The translations under genes were made by a program, and so were the position numbers. The notes below the pieces were generated by a model. The model ran no database searches. It saw only the letters and a list, made by a program, of their open reading frames with translations, and was not told the DNA's origin. This document shows, piece after piece, positions 36,331 to 37,355 of a stretch of DNA of 37,355 nt (positions within the stretch are counted from its first letter, which is position 1; each line of letters opens with the position of its first letter). Source of the stretch: Mesotaenium endlicherianum (Eukaryota); assembly GCA_009602735.1 (NCBI GenBank), contig WELA01002258.1, positions 535,645 through 572,999 of the forward strand, given 5' to 3'.

Positions 36331-37308
36331 GGTAAGGGGACGATGTCTCGTTAGAATATATTGAACAAAGATGATGATGAGCGAAATGAAGAAACGAAGG
36401 CGAATTGTATGTCTAACAGTCAACCATTATTATGATTAGTCATGATGATGTATTTGGCACCACGGTCTTTATTTGCCACATTCTGAATCCTGACATGTGC
36501 GTTAAGAACCTGAGCGGTCAACAACATGAAACTGGTCAATTTTCCTTCATCGATAGGGTGGCTCAGGAGTGCTCAGGACCTGGTCTGGTTGGGTTGGGTT
36601 GGGTCATGGCACCCTGAGAATGGGCAATGGGTGGTATGTGCCGTTTCCTACTTTTACAGAAGTATGCAAGGTATGCTGGGGCAAATCGCTCGACGAAGGC
36701 CGGCAAATAGTCGGAGAACACTGTTTTCACCTGTAAAGTAGGCCCGCCGACTCAAAATGCAGGTAGGATACGGTCTGGGAGTCATTCCTTTCCCAAAAAG
36801 TAGGAGCTAGGCCCTACCTTTGCAGGCACCTCGAGCCACCTCGAGCCTCGAGCTCGGTCGAGCTTCACTACTGGACGCTTGAATTCAATCTTTACAACGA
36901 CAATCGTGTTCCCGACACTCAGTTCCACCTCGTGCCTCGAGGTGATCGAATGCAAGTGACCTAACTTAAGTGGAGGTAGCCCAGAGTGACCTAACAGCCG
37001 TGGAAATTAGCCACAAGCTTGTTCGTGCTTGGGTGTTCTTATTTTTACTCTTACACTCTTTCTTTTGGATTGCTTTGTGATTGTATGATGTACTTACCCG
37101 GTGCACATGCACACTGTGCACGGGTGTGCAGGGATGTGCAGGGGTGAAGGCAGGGCTTTTGTTCACGTTGATTATTGGAAGGTAGTGAGTGATGGGGCCT
37201 GGTATGGTATGTGCTCTCGACAGCAAGTGTCCACGGCTTTCGGCTTAAACGGCTATTGCAGGTGCCCCTTCTCTTCCTTCCCTCTCCTTTCCCCTATCTT
37301 TACTCTCT

Positions 37309-37310
<2 letters not shown>

Positions 37311-37355
<45 letters not shown>
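37311..37355. repeat. (CT)n microsatellite running to the window end
   Basis: Directly visible. Confidence 0.97.

Overview
Eukaryotic, repeat-rich genomic window with spliceosomal GT-AG introns. A plant/green-algal origin is inferred from the chromoviruses with iMet-type PBS; the species cannot be determined. Left to right: (1) the 3' part of a decayed DIRS-order tyrosine-recombinase retrotransposon (gag zinc-knuckle tail, RT-RNaseH-methyltransferase-like pol, YR), followed by a ~170-nt G·U-rich hairpin; (2) a small PHD-finger retroelement remnant; (3) a decayed RAG1/Transib-like DDE transposase gene on the minus strand, facing a convergent zinc-ribbon/coiled-coil ORF. The transposase is split in frame by a Ty3/Gypsy chromovirus (10390-25104, TSD TAAGC), whose 5' LTR is itself interrupted by a second, opposite-orientation chromovirus (10527-19133, TSD GTTAT) carrying an extra unknown ORF. 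(4) An apparently intact 12-exon host gene (36330->27840) encodes a ~647-aa secreted papain-family protease with 2 EGF-like and 4 LysM domains. The most novel candidates are the two-gene RAG1-like transposon and the protease-EGF-LysM fusion. All calls come from manual motif reading; no searches were run.
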